A DNA stretch of 64,000 nt, taken from positions 7,407 to 71,406 of the IMG/VR virus record IMGVR_UViG_3300013772_000005. The stretch is one strand, 5' to 3'. The stretch comes from a virus. A program made the translations under genes and the position numbers. Shown piece after piece: positions 1-8,502 of this stretch. Under the pieces are notes generated by a model that had not been told where the DNA came from, made no database searches, and saw only the letters and a program-made list of their open reading frames with translations. Position 1 is the stretch's first letter. Every line of letters starts with the position of its first letter.

Positions 1-317
1 TTCACCTGCTCACGCTCAATCCGCACGTCTTCGATGCCGTTGAGCAGCTCTTTCTGAAAGCGCCGGCCGCGTCCCTCCATCAGCCGCTTAAGCTGGTCGA
101 AGTCGGTGAAGCGGCAGTGCGCCACTTCGTGGTCGAGAAAGCCGTTCATGTCGTCCATCAGCTCTTGCGTGAGATCGTTGGTCGACGGCAGAAAGATCGT
201 CTTGCCGTCGGTCGAAGCGCCCGAGCCCTGGAAGACGATCGAAAGCCCGTACTGGCCGGCGATGATGCGGCCCAAGCGCTCAAGGGCGGTTTCAAAGATT
301 CGGCGTTGGTGGCGCAT
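1..317 (-). CDS. CobT-like / VWA-partner protein, N-terminal HExxH metallopeptidase-like domain (runs off the window edge)
   Basis: Manual translation from ATG at 317: MRHQRRIFETALERLGRIIAGQYGLSIVFQGSGASTDGKTIFLP...GFLDHEVAHCRFTDF...LLNGIEDVRIER. SD GAGGGAG upstream; directly follows a CobS-like AAA gene. Confidence 0.75.
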   Translation of the reverse strand, partial: MRHQRRIFETALERLGRIIAGQYGLSIVFQGSGASTDGKTIFLPSTNDLTQELMDDMNGFLDHEVAHCRFTDFDQLKRLMEGRGRRFQKELLNGIEDVRIEREQV

Positions 318-343
318 TTGGTGGCTCCCTCTGAAGTTTCTCT

Positions 344-379
344 ATGTAATACATATCGGCTAAATTGTGGAAAACTTGA
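344..379 (-). promoter_or_regulatory. sigma28-like promoter P1 with ATGTATTACAT dyad
   Basis: Minus strand TCAAGTTT-N11-GCCGATAT-GTATTACAT. Confidence 0.75.
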
Positions 380-405
380 GGACGAGGAAAAATCCCCGTC
401 CTCAG
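371..405 (-). terminator. Intrinsic terminator after the AAA gene, overlapping the P1 -35 element
   Basis: Minus strand hairpin CTGAGGACGGGGA-TTTT-TCCTCGTCCTCAAG followed by TTTT. Confidence 0.55.
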
Positions 406-423
406 GAGGGTTTACTAAAGCAC

Positions 424-1542
424 TTACCGGCCGGTGCCGGTGTTTCCGAGGAGCACGCGGCGCATGTAGCCGTCGATAACCATCGAGTCTTCTTTGCTGA
501 TTTTGCTGAAGATCGTGGCTTGTGCCGCTTTGAAAGGGCTTTCAGCCTTGAGCGCCTTGTAGCGCATGATCATCTCGCCCCAGTCGATCAGCCGGCGGGT
601 GGAGAAGGTGCAGCTCACCTGCTCTTCAACAAACGACTTCCGGACCATGGTCGCGACCTTGACCAGCTCTTTTGCAACATTCAGCGTCATCAGCGGCACG
701 CTGTCTTTCAACACTTCGGCTTCGACGGCCTCCGGCATGTAGTCGACGAGGTACGTGCGCCAGCGGTCTAGTTGAGCCTCGTTCATCAGGTTCGTGCCCT
801 GATAGAGATGCCGGTACTGCGCCATGCAGCCAATGGCGTTGCCGGTGGCGAAAATGCGGAAGGTGGAAGCCGGCTCGACTACTTCGTTGCCCTTCTCGCT
901 CAGCATCAGCTTGCCGCCGCGCTCCAGCACCGAGTTGAGGACAGCCAGGATGTTCGGCTCGCCATAGTCCATTTCGTCGATGATCAGCCACATGCCCTTG
1001 CGCATGGCATGAGGCAGGACGCCATCCACCCAGACCATGTCGCCGCCCTGAGCGCTCCAGAAGCCGACGAAGTTAGAGGTCGTGGTCTGTTGGTTGAGGT
1101 TGACGCGGGCGGTCGGCTGGCCAATGCGCGCAGCGATCTGCTCGACGCACGAGGTTTTCCCGGTGCCAGTGTGACCGATGAGCAGCACCGGGCGGCCAAG
1201 CTCCACGTCTTTCAGCACGTCAGAGGTGAATTCTTGAAACGCATAGGCGTCATTGATTTTGGGGATGAAATGCAGCAGGTCTTTGGCCCACGGCCCGCTC
1301 TTCTCGACTTCGACGCCAGCGATTTTCACCTTCTCACTCCGGACAGGGGCGGCCACCGGTGCCGGTGCAGAAGCCGGTGCAGTGGGCGCGGGTTGAGGGA
1401 CACCGGTTTCTTCGATCACACAGGCGATGTCGCCACCGTGCTCGGCGATATACGCTGCAAGCCCGTCTTCGCCGCCGTGCATGGCGATAATATGCTCGAC
1501 TAGATCAACGCGCTGATGATTGCACTTTGTGCAGGTAAGCAT
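424..1542 (-). CDS. CobS/MoxR-family AAA+ ATPase with N-terminal Zn-finger-like segment
   Basis: Walker A GHTGTGKT, Walker B LIIDEMD, FRIFATGN, NEAQLDRW, FSTRRL; N-terminal CTKC...H...H. Confidence 0.88.
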   Translation of the reverse strand: MLTCTKCNHQRVDLVEHIIAMHGGEDGLAAYIAEHGGDIACVIEETGVPQPAPTAPASAPAPVAAPVRSEKVKIAGVEVEKSGPWAKDLLHFIPKINDAYAFQEFTSDVLKDVELGRPVLLIGHTGTGKTSCVEQIAARIGQPTARVNLNQQTTTSNFVGFWSAQGGDMVWVDGVLPHAMRKGMWLIIDEMDYGEPNILAVLNSVLERGGKLMLSEKGNEVVEPASTFRIFATGNAIGCMAQYRHLYQGTNLMNEAQLDRWRTYLVDYMPEAVEAEVLKDSVPLMTLNVAKELVKVATMVRKSFVEEQVSCTFSTRRLIDWGEMIMRYKALKAESPFKAAQATIFSKISKEDSMVIDGYMRRVLLGNTGTGR

Positions 1543-1583
1543 GGAAACCCTCCGATTTAAAATCTGCGATTCAAACGCTCGCC

Positions 1584-1620
1584 ATGTAATACCTAACGGC
1601 CAAATTAGCGTTGGACTTTA
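1584..1620 (-). promoter_or_regulatory. sigma28-like promoter P2
   Basis: TAAAGTCC-N12-GCCGTTAG-GTATTACAT. Confidence 0.72.
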
Positions 1621-1750
1621 GACTTTCCTGAAATCCTAGCAGAGCTATGGTCTTAGGGAACGACGAGCGGGGCGGCACCGTTAAAGGGTGTGAGGAGCGG
1701 TGTACAGGAAGGCGGAAAAGCCGTGTAGTTAAATCAGATAAGACGTGGAA

Positions 1751-2023
1751 TTACTTGAGGTCGTCTAGAGCATCTAAAAACGGTGTCGAGAGGCTGGCGA
1801 CGAAGCCGTGCCCGCCGATGCCGGCCATCTCTTTCAGCTTGCCAGCGAGCACCAGCTCGGCGCGGGCCTGATTCACCACTTGCTTCCAGGCTGCCGGACC
1901 GATTTGTCCGGGGCGGTGAAAATGGCTGAGACGCAGATGCAGGTCTTCGCCCTGCGCCATGGGATGGCGGCGGTAGTAGTCCCAGATCAAATTTTTCAGC
2001 TCAGCTTGCGTTGCCGCCGGCAT
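1751..2023 (-). CDS. Hypothetical protein
   Basis: 90-aa ORF abutting the upstream gene in an operon. Confidence 0.6.
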   Translation of the reverse strand: MPAATQAELKNLIWDYYRRHPMAQGEDLHLRLSHFHRPGQIGPAAWKQVVNQARAELVLAGKLKEMAGIGGHGFVASLSTPFLDALDDLK

Positions 2024-2338
2024 TCACAGCTCCTCGATCGCCGCGAGAAAGAGCGTGCGCACCCATGGTTGCTTGGGGAGCGTGCCGGCCAGGTAGTAGC
2101 GGTAGCAGGTGCCACCTCGCACCGAGTGCGCCGTGCGCTCGATCTCACCGTCGTGCATCATGCGGCGAAGCTCGGCAGAGACGGTGCCGTATTGCACCGT
2201 CTGGAACTCACGCGCCATAAGTCCTGGTGTGAATTGCAGCTCACCGATGATCCTTTCGCGCACCGTCAGTCGCGTGGGATCACCACTGGAGCAGCGGTAG
2301 CGCCTGGCGCCTTTGGCCGTTGTGCCGAAGTCAACCAC
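2024..2338 (-). CDS. Putative winged-helix DNA-binding protein
   Basis: RERIIGELQFTPGLMAREF...GTVSAELRRMMHDGEIER...YRYYL resembles a wHTH; GTG start at 2338 overlaps the upstream stop (start inferred). Confidence 0.5.
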   Translation of the reverse strand: MVDFGTTAKGARRYRCSSGDPTRLTVRERIIGELQFTPGLMAREFQTVQYGTVSAELRRMMHDGEIERTAHSVRGGTCYRYYLAGTLPKQPWVRTLFLAAIEEL

Positions 2339-2540
2339 GACGACTGTCCTCGAAGCCGCCGATGCACGCCAGCGTCTCGATGGCATGCGCCGCTTCGGTG
2401 CAGATGGAGCCGAGCACCTGCGCCAGCGATTCACGCGGCGTCACCGGGTCACAGAGGTCGTCGGCTTCTTCCGCCAGGGCTTTGATTCTCTCTATTGCCC
2501 GGTCGATCTCGGCCCATCTCTTCACGAGATAATTTGTCAC
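2331..2540 (-). CDS. Hypothetical protein
   Basis: Translationally coupled 69-aa ORF. Confidence 0.55.
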   Translation of the reverse strand: MTNYLVKRWAEIDRAIERIKALAEEADDLCDPVTPRESLAQVLGSICTEAAHAIETLACIGGFEDSRRG

Positions 2541-2737
2541 AGCTCTTTCACCGCCTCAAGAAAAGCCGACTTCTCCGTCGGCGAGACCTTTTCGATTTCT
2601 TCGGTCGCTTGCCGCATGTATTCGATCGCCGTGTTCATCACCAGACGGTTGACCTCACCCGACTCCATCAGCTCACCGAGTTTCTGGCGAAGCACCAGCA
2701 GGCTGCGAATGATCCCCTCTTTCGCCCGCTCGTTCAT
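2537..2737 (-). CDS. Hypothetical protein
   Basis: Coupled 66-aa helical ORF. Confidence 0.6.
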   Translation of the reverse strand: MNERAKEGIIRSLLVLRQKLGELMESGEVNRLVMNTAIEYMRQATEEIEKVSPTEKSAFLEAVKEL

Positions 2738-3000
2738 CCAGCCTCGCTCGGCTCTTGCAGCGTGGCGACGAAGCGCTCGAAGCCGGCGCGGCCAAACTCC
2801 ATCATCTTGAGCATGATGTAGCCCTTGGAAATTTCCTTTGGACTTCTCCCCATCAGCGCTGCCAGCTCGGTGCTGGCGTAGTCGAGATAGCGCACCTGAT
2901 CAGGTGTCAACCGGATGGTAAACATCTCGGTTTTCATCGGCACCTTGCTCAACGCTTTCAGCCGGGCGCGCTCGATCTTCTTTTCGGCTTTCGTCATCAT
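2734..3000 (-). CDS. Putative ribbon-helix-helix (CopG/Arc-like) DNA-binding protein
   Basis: EMFTIRLTPDQVRYLDYAS...ISKGYIMLKMME: alternating beta strand then two helices. Confidence 0.5.
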   Translation of the reverse strand: MMTKAEKKIERARLKALSKVPMKTEMFTIRLTPDQVRYLDYASTELAALMGRSPKEISKGYIMLKMMEFGRAGFERFVATLQEPSEAG

Positions 3001-3509
3001 ATGATCACCTCAATTGGAGTGCCGTCAGCCATAACGGAACCATACTTTTTGATACGAGTCCTAACGTGAGCTTTGCACCCAAAATACCGGCCAGCCTCAT
3101 TTATTGAGGCGAATTCCATCGCACCGATGCGCACTCGAATCTCACGCTTCTTGTTTGCTGAACGTATGTTGCGCAGACCAACTTCGGCGATGATCGCCAC
3201 CTGTCGATAAGCGCTGCGTACATTTTCCTTGTGCGTCACGAGGCGCATATTTCCAATCTCATAGTGACCGTCGTTGCGCCTGCGATCAACTTCGAGTGAA
3301 AAATCCCCTTTAGATTTTCTGAGAAACCAACGGATGAAATAGTAGCGCTCAACACGTAGCTCGATGCCGCGTCCACCATATCGGCGATAGTTGATTGCTT
3401 TTGGATTGCGACAACGAGCCATGATCGCATTGTAGCGATAGTAGGCGATCTTAAATCCTGGTGGTTTTGAGGCAAAGAAGCCTTCATGCTGTTTTTTTGG
3501 CCACGACAT
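2997..3509 (-). CDS. Free-standing HNH-type homing endonuclease with C-terminal NUMOD1-like domain
   Basis: MARCRNPKAINYRRYGGRGI...VDRRRNDGHYEIGNMRLVTHKEN; FASINEAGRYFG; visibly lower GC than neighbours. Confidence 0.8.
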   Translation of the reverse strand: MSWPKKQHEGFFASKPPGFKIAYYRYNAIMARCRNPKAINYRRYGGRGIELRVERYYFIRWFLRKSKGDFSLEVDRRRNDGHYEIGNMRLVTHKENVRSAYRQVAIIAEVGLRNIRSANKKREIRVRIGAMEFASINEAGRYFGCKAHVRTRIKKYGSVMADGTPIEVII

Positions 3510-4350
3510 TACGACTCCAAACTTTTATCGCCTCTTCAGCGGTGGCTCGGTGAATCTGAAGGACTGGAGTGATCTCCCCATTTTCATCCTTGCTATAACC
3601 ACCGGCAAGGCACCAACTCACTGGTAATCCCATCTGCTTTGCGGTTTGGAAGACAATGCGATCACGGAGGCGCAGCTCTTCCATCGTCAGCCAGCCGCCA
3701 AGCGGGTCTTTCACGTAGGGATCTGCGCCCGCCTGATAGAGCAGCACGTCGCAGGAGTGAAAGCGCTGGCGCATGATCCCCGGCAGCGCCTTCAGAAAGG
3801 TCTCAGCCTGATCGGCGCGGTGATAGTGGGCGCCAGCGGTGAAGTGCTCCACCCATTTCAGCTTCAGGTGTTTGATGATGCCGTCGGTGCCGTTGCCGTA
3901 GTGCTCGTCGAGGTCGAGAATTCCGACTCGCTTGGCGCCAGCCTTCTTCGCCTCGAAGGCCGCCACGATCAGGCCGTTAAAAGTGCAGAAGCCGCCGCCC
4001 CCGCTGTAGCTCGCATGGTGAAAGCCTGAGCAGAGGGCGGCAGCCGGTTTGCCGTCACGCATGGCGGCCAGGGTGGCGCTGATCATGGCGCCGACCGTGT
4101 GGACCAGCGAGCGGGCGACAGCCGGCGATTTGTTGCCGAAGCCGTTGTGGGTTTCAAGGGTGAGCACCTGCGCCACGTAGTCAGGATCGTGAGCCTGAGC
4201 GATGACCAGGGCATCAGCCATCTGCGGATTCATCACCTCGATCTTCAGCCCGGCCGCCTGCCAGTCAGCGAGCACCTTTGCTGGCTTCGCCGCTGACGGT
4301 GAGAAGCTCTCGCTGTTGGCGATCATTTGTGGCCTGTAAAAAACTTTCAT
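3484..4350 (-). CDS. Histone deacetylase (HDAC/AcuC/APAH) family Zn-dependent deacetylase
   Basis: SGFHHA, GGFCTFN, ILDLDEHYGNGT, YQAGADPYVKDPLG, LAGGY; GGAGG SD before ATG 4350. Confidence 0.9.
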   Translation of the reverse strand: MKVFYRPQMIANSESFSPSAAKPAKVLADWQAAGLKIEVMNPQMADALVIAQAHDPDYVAQVLTLETHNGFGNKSPAVARSLVHTVGAMISATLAAMRDGKPAAALCSGFHHASYSGGGGFCTFNGLIVAAFEAKKAGAKRVGILDLDEHYGNGTDGIIKHLKLKWVEHFTAGAHYHRADQAETFLKALPGIMRQRFHSCDVLLYQAGADPYVKDPLGGWLTMEELRLRDRIVFQTAKQMGLPVSWCLAGGYSKDENGEITPVLQIHRATAEEAIKVWSRNVVAKKTA

Positions 4351-4392
4351 AACGCACCTCCCTCTAAGGGCGGGGAAGGCCCCGCCATGCAC

Positions 4393-5355
4393 TCACTTTG
4401 CTTCGGCTGCCATGATCGCTTCCATCTCGGCGGCAAAATCGAAGGGCTCGATCACCTTCCCGGTCATGGCGTTGAGCCGCTGGTCGATCACGCGCTCCAC
4501 CGTGCCGAGCCGAGCGAAGAGAGCATCGGCGGTCGTCTTCATATGCTCGCGATAGACGTCGAGCCGGCCGCGAATCTCTTCGATGTCTTCGGTCCGGCGC
4601 TCAAAGACGCGCTTGGGAATGCCGCCCTCACGTGCCAGTCCTTCCAGCTCACCGAGCAGCGCATCAACTTCGCCTTGCAGCGCGGTCGAAGCTCCCCATT
4701 CGACTTCGGCCATCGACTCAGCGTTGTCGAAGACCGGGAAGCTTGAGAAGCGGATGCCAACCGGGAGCGCCGCGAAAAGCCGCTTGATGTTGTCTAACCG
4801 CTCAGCAAAGACCTGCGGGACGAAGTAGACGCCACCCGAGTAGATCCGGACGCTGACACCGTTGCAGCCGTATGAGCCTTTGACAAACTTGCCGATCACC
4901 TTGGAAAACTGATCGCCGTTGATCTCGACACGGCCGCTGGCTACCAGCCCACGGATGCGGCTGCATAGCTCGTTGTAGAGGCTTGCCTCGATTTCTTTCT
5001 GCTCGAAGTGCAGCACGCTACCGTCTTTTGAGATTGTCGCCGTCATCAGGGTGGCGACGCGAAAGCCGGCGCCGTCGGTCACTGAGCGCGTGAGCGCCAT
5101 CGACACGTCTTCTTCGGTGGTGCGAAAGGTCTCGTGACGGGCGCGCTGCTGTTGGATGGGCGCGTCTTCCGGGATCTCAAATTTATACTCGCGGCGCAGC
5201 TCGATCAGCGCTTTGCGAAGCGCGGTCTTCGGCGCGTTCTGCGGCAAGGCTGCCGGGTCAATGCCGAAGCGCACGAGCACGTCGGGATCAAAGCGGGCGT
5301 CACTCTTGATGCTCCAGCACACGACTGAGCCAATTTGGCGAGGCGTAGTAGTCAC
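4393..5355 (-). CDS. Hypothetical phage protein (DUF6744-like)
   Basis: VVCWSI N-terminus, GGVYFVP motif, C-terminal coiled coil; family call from memory of proteins near AAA/VWA loci. Confidence 0.55.
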   Translation of the reverse strand: MTTTPRQIGSVVCWSIKSDARFDPDVLVRFGIDPAALPQNAPKTALRKALIELRREYKFEIPEDAPIQQQRARHETFRTTEEDVSMALTRSVTDGAGFRVATLMTATISKDGSVLHFEQKEIEASLYNELCSRIRGLVASGRVEINGDQFSKVIGKFVKGSYGCNGVSVRIYSGGVYFVPQVFAERLDNIKRLFAALPVGIRFSSFPVFDNAESMAEVEWGASTALQGEVDALLGELEGLAREGGIPKRVFERRTEDIEEIRGRLDVYREHMKTTADALFARLGTVERVIDQRLNAMTGKVIEPFDFAAEMEAIMAAEAK

Positions 5356-5456
5356 TTAGAAACCCTCCGATTAAAAGCTAGGAGCAAGGCACCGACGAGA
5401 AAAGCGTTTGGGATCAGTAGCATGAGCGTTGTTCCAAGGATTATCCGTGTTTTCAT
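5352..5456 (-). CDS. Small single-TM membrane protein (34 aa, not in ORF track)
   Basis: MKTRIILGTTLMLLIPNAFLVGALLLAFNRRVSK; GGAGG SD; first ORF after P3; GTGA coupling to the next gene. Confidence 0.65.
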   Translation of the reverse strand: MKTRIILGTTLMLLIPNAFLVGALLLAFNRRVSK

Positions 5457-5474
5457 CGTAGTGCCTCCGTGATG

Positions 5475-5511
5475 ATGTAATACATAACGGCGGTTTTCAG
5501 CGGAAACTTTA
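5475..5511 (-). promoter_or_regulatory. sigma28-like promoter P3
   Basis: TAAAGTTT-N12-GCCGTTAT-GTATTACAT. Confidence 0.78.
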
Positions 5512-5533
5512 GGGTTTCTGTTTTTCGTAGATT

Positions 5534-6628
5534 TTACAGGTCGATATACCAGCCGAGTCCGAGTGTTGCGGGGAAGGTAGGGTTGCGCAGGGCCACCGGC
5601 CAGTAGTAGGCCGAGGCGACCGCCGAGTTGCCGCCGCAGCCGCCGACGGCTGTTGTGGGCGAAGCCGAAGCCGCCGTGCCTTGGCCTAGGACCGTGCCAG
5701 TGAGGCGCACCTCAAGAAGCCCGGAGGCGTCGAGCAGATACATATTCGGGTAGGCCATCAGCTCGAAGGTGCCGGCGCTGATCTCGCTGCCACTCAGGGG
5801 ATCGTTGCCGCCGGTCGAGTAGCGCACGACCGAGGTTCCAGAGCAGTTGGTGCCGGTCCACCAGACTGGATAGCTGGCGGCATTGGCGCCGAGCATTTTC
5901 AGGTGAATCGGATTGGGGTTGTAGACCATCTCGTTGTCGGGGGTAGTGGTCGTGCCCGAGCCGGTGACGCCGATCTCATAGGCGGTGAATTCATCGGCCG
6001 TCAGCGACCGCATGATGGCAACGTGGACCATCTGTTGCGTGTTGTCGGTCGTGCCGTGGTAGGGCACGTCCACGTATTCCATGAAGTAGCCGAGCGCGGT
6101 GCCGGAGGCGGTGTAGATCTTCCAGGCGCCACCAGTGCCGGCCGCTCCCTGCGCTCCGGCGGCGCCCGCCGCGCCTTGAGCACCCGCCGCTCCAGCCACG
6201 CCTTGCGCCCCTGCGGCTCCGGAAGTGCCCTGTATACCCTGGGCACCGGTGGCGCCCGTTGCGCCGGCCACTCCGGCCGCGCCAGCGGCACCCGCTGACC
6301 CGGTTCCCCCAGTATCCCCTTTGGCACCTACCTCCCCTTTGGCGCCTACCTCCCCCGGTAGACCCAGGGAGCCTTGAGCGCCAGTGGCCCCTGTGGCGCC
6401 CGCAGTGCCCGCCAGGCCGTCTTTACCGGCGTCCCCTTTGTCGCCCTTCGGTCCCTGGTCCCCCGTCGCGCCAGTGGTCCCTGTGGCACCCTGAGGGCCG
6501 GTGGCACCGGAGGCTGGCGTCGTGGCATCGGTGGCGATCGCCGCCGCCTTGGTCACGGACGTGGTGGGCGCGGTGGCCGGTGCCGTGCCGCAAGCCGAAA
6601 GCAGGAGTGAAATGGCGATGCGTTTCAT
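5534..6628 (-). CDS. Lipoprotein with collagen-like (Gly-X-Y) stalk and C-terminal globular domain
   Basis: MKRIAISLLLSAC lipobox; about 40 uninterrupted GXY triplets. Confidence 0.85.
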   Translation of the reverse strand: MKRIAISLLLSACGTAPATAPTTSVTKAAAIATDATTPASGATGPQGATGTTGATGDQGPKGDKGDAGKDGLAGTAGATGATGAQGSLGLPGEVGAKGEVGAKGDTGGTGSAGAAGAAGVAGATGATGAQGIQGTSGAAGAQGVAGAAGAQGAAGAAGAQGAAGTGGAWKIYTASGTALGYFMEYVDVPYHGTTDNTQQMVHVAIMRSLTADEFTAYEIGVTGSGTTTTPDNEMVYNPNPIHLKMLGANAASYPVWWTGTNCSGTSVVRYSTGGNDPLSGSEISAGTFELMAYPNMYLLDASGLLEVRLTGTVLGQGTAASASPTTAVGGCGGNSAVASAYYWPVALRNPTFPATLGLGWYIDL

Positions 6629-6654
6629 GGAAAGCTCCGATTTAAAATGGATGC

Positions 6655-6691
6655 ATGTAATACGTTGCGGAGTTTGGCGGCGGAAACTTTA
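6655..6691 (-). promoter_or_regulatory. sigma28-like promoter P4
   Basis: TAAAGTTT-N12-TCCGCAAC-GTATTACAT; the TAA doubles as the upstream stop codon. Confidence 0.68.
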
Positions 6692-8185
6692 GTCTTTCCC
6701 GTTTTCCGAGGCGGAATCGACGACTACTCGCGTCTTCTTCACCAGGGCACCCTTACCCTTGGTGTGCGGCGTCACCCACGTCATGCCGCGCACCGTGTAG
6801 TTGCCGTCCCGGTCTTTGCCGAGCCCGGCGGTCACGCGCCAGTGTCCCATCACCTCCCACTTGTGCGACCAAACAATCTTGCGGCCAGCGGCGCGCTGGT
6901 ATTCTTTGCACTCACCCTTCAGCATCACGCGCACCACGCGGTTGATCTTGACGGCCGTCCGGTCTTTGCCCGAGCCGACGCGAGCGCGAATGGCTTTGAT
7001 CTTCTCGTTGGCGAAGGCGCAATCTCTGCGAAACGCCTTGAAGGTCCAGTAGAGGACATCATGGGTGGCGGTCTGCACCATGGTGCCGGGGTTGAACATC
7101 GGCATCAGCGCGCCACTCGGCGACTTCAGCCGGCCGAAGACCGTCTCGGGCATGAGCTTCATCGTGTTGATCATGAAAACGATAGCGCCGGTGGCGTCCT
7201 GCTTTGAGGCAATCAGCGTTTCGCAGAAGTAGCTATTAGCTGTCTCTTCGTGGACCAGCGTGCCAATGATCCAAGCCGGGCCGTCGGAGCGCGCGAGGTA
7301 GAAGAGCGGCCCGCCATCGGTGCGCTCCAGCCAGATCGTTTTGAATGGCTGGTCGATCTGCACCACCTTCTCGTGGCCAGGCGCCACGGCGCGACCGTCG
7401 TGTGCGTCTGAGATCTCTTCGAGGCGGTCGATCATTTTGCCGCTGATAAAGAATGGGTGCGCCGCTTCGATCATCTTTGGCCGTCCGGCGATCACCCTGT
7501 CGTGCGTCGTGTGGCACTCTTCCGAGAGCACCCAGATCTGGCGCTCGGCAAGTCCCATCATGAAGCGGCGCTCACTGCCGCATATCTCGATAAATTTCTC
7601 GAAGTAGGTGCGCGAGCTGCCGGTGCTGAAGGCGAAGTCTTTGATGCGCGAGAGCGTCAAGTCGCGGTCGGCGTCAGCTTTCGACGCTACGCGCTCCAGG
7701 TGCTTCAGCGCATCGGTGCCGGCGTAGACGCCAGGGCGGTCGAGCGGCGTGCCTTTGAGCAGATTCGTCATGTCGCCGTTGGCGAGCGAGCGCACGCCAG
7801 GACCACGGAAGAGCGGATCGGGCGTGGCCGTGCGGGCGGGATTGGAAAGAAGTGAATCACCGCCATGGTTCGGGTAAGTGTTGAGCAGCCTCGTTGCCTT
7901 CGCAGCTTTCTCGTGCTCGCCAGTCATAAACTTTTCGACTTCAACACCGGGAACCACCGATCGACCGACTTGATGCATGGCGTGGATACTTTCGGCTGAT
8001 CCTGACTTGATCAGGTCGGTGATCCGTTGCGTCAATCGTTGCTTATCATCATCGGGAAGATCCTGGTCTTCGATCAAGCTGGAGTAGACCGCCATCGCCG
8101 CAGCTTGCGCCTTCGAGTCGTTGCCGACACCGAACCAGCTTTTCAAGTCAGCGATTGCGGCCTCATAGTTTGGGAGCTTGCTCAT
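6689..8185 (-). CDS. Hypothetical phage protein with basic C-terminal VxGHWR...WVxPHxKG motif
   Basis: 498-aa ORF; HKWEVMGHWR...TWVTPHTKGKG. Confidence 0.7.
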   Translation of the reverse strand: MSKLPNYEAAIADLKSWFGVGNDSKAQAAAMAVYSSLIEDQDLPDDDKQRLTQRITDLIKSGSAESIHAMHQVGRSVVPGVEVEKFMTGEHEKAAKATRLLNTYPNHGGDSLLSNPARTATPDPLFRGPGVRSLANGDMTNLLKGTPLDRPGVYAGTDALKHLERVASKADADRDLTLSRIKDFAFSTGSSRTYFEKFIEICGSERRFMMGLAERQIWVLSEECHTTHDRVIAGRPKMIEAAHPFFISGKMIDRLEEISDAHDGRAVAPGHEKVVQIDQPFKTIWLERTDGGPLFYLARSDGPAWIIGTLVHEETANSYFCETLIASKQDATGAIVFMINTMKLMPETVFGRLKSPSGALMPMFNPGTMVQTATHDVLYWTFKAFRRDCAFANEKIKAIRARVGSGKDRTAVKINRVVRVMLKGECKEYQRAAGRKIVWSHKWEVMGHWRVTAGLGKDRDGNYTVRGMTWVTPHTKGKGALVKKTRVVVDSASENGKD

Positions 8186-8502
8186 TGAATTTTCTCCAGC
8201 TCATCGAGAAAGTTTGTCGAGCCGTCGGTGCGAACCAGCTTGCCGTGGCTCATCACTCTGCCGTCGGTATAGACGCGGGCGATGGAGTTTCCCGTCTCGA
8301 TCTTCTTATCGCGAAGGTCTGGCTGGTCGCCTTTGGCCCACGGCTTCGGGTCAGCATAGAGGTAGGCTTCCACCGAATCATCATGACCTTCAACGACGAG
8401 ATGATCTCGCATGTAATTACTGGCGTCCTCGAAAGAGGCTACGTCGACCGTGTATTCCTGCGTCAGCGCGTGGTTGTGATAGAAGAGCACTTGCAGAATC
8501 AC
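8182..8502 (-). CDS. Hypothetical protein
   Basis: Coupled ORF between the ligase and the 498-aa gene. Confidence 0.6.
   Translation of the reverse strand: MILQVLFYHNHALTQEYTVDVASFEDASNYMRDHLVVEGHDDSVEAYLYADPKPWAKGDQPDLRDKKIETGNSIARVYTDGRVMSHGKLVRTDGSTNFLDELEKIQ

Noticed and set aside
424-1542. Cobalamin biosynthesis (cobS/cobT) as an auxiliary metabolic function
   Set aside because: No cobN or other cob genes here; phage CobS-like AAA/VWA pairs occur widely without that pathway.
6130-6510. Repetitive DNA resembling a tandem or CRISPR array
   Set aside because: It is the collagen GXY coding periodicity, with no identical repeats or unique spacers.
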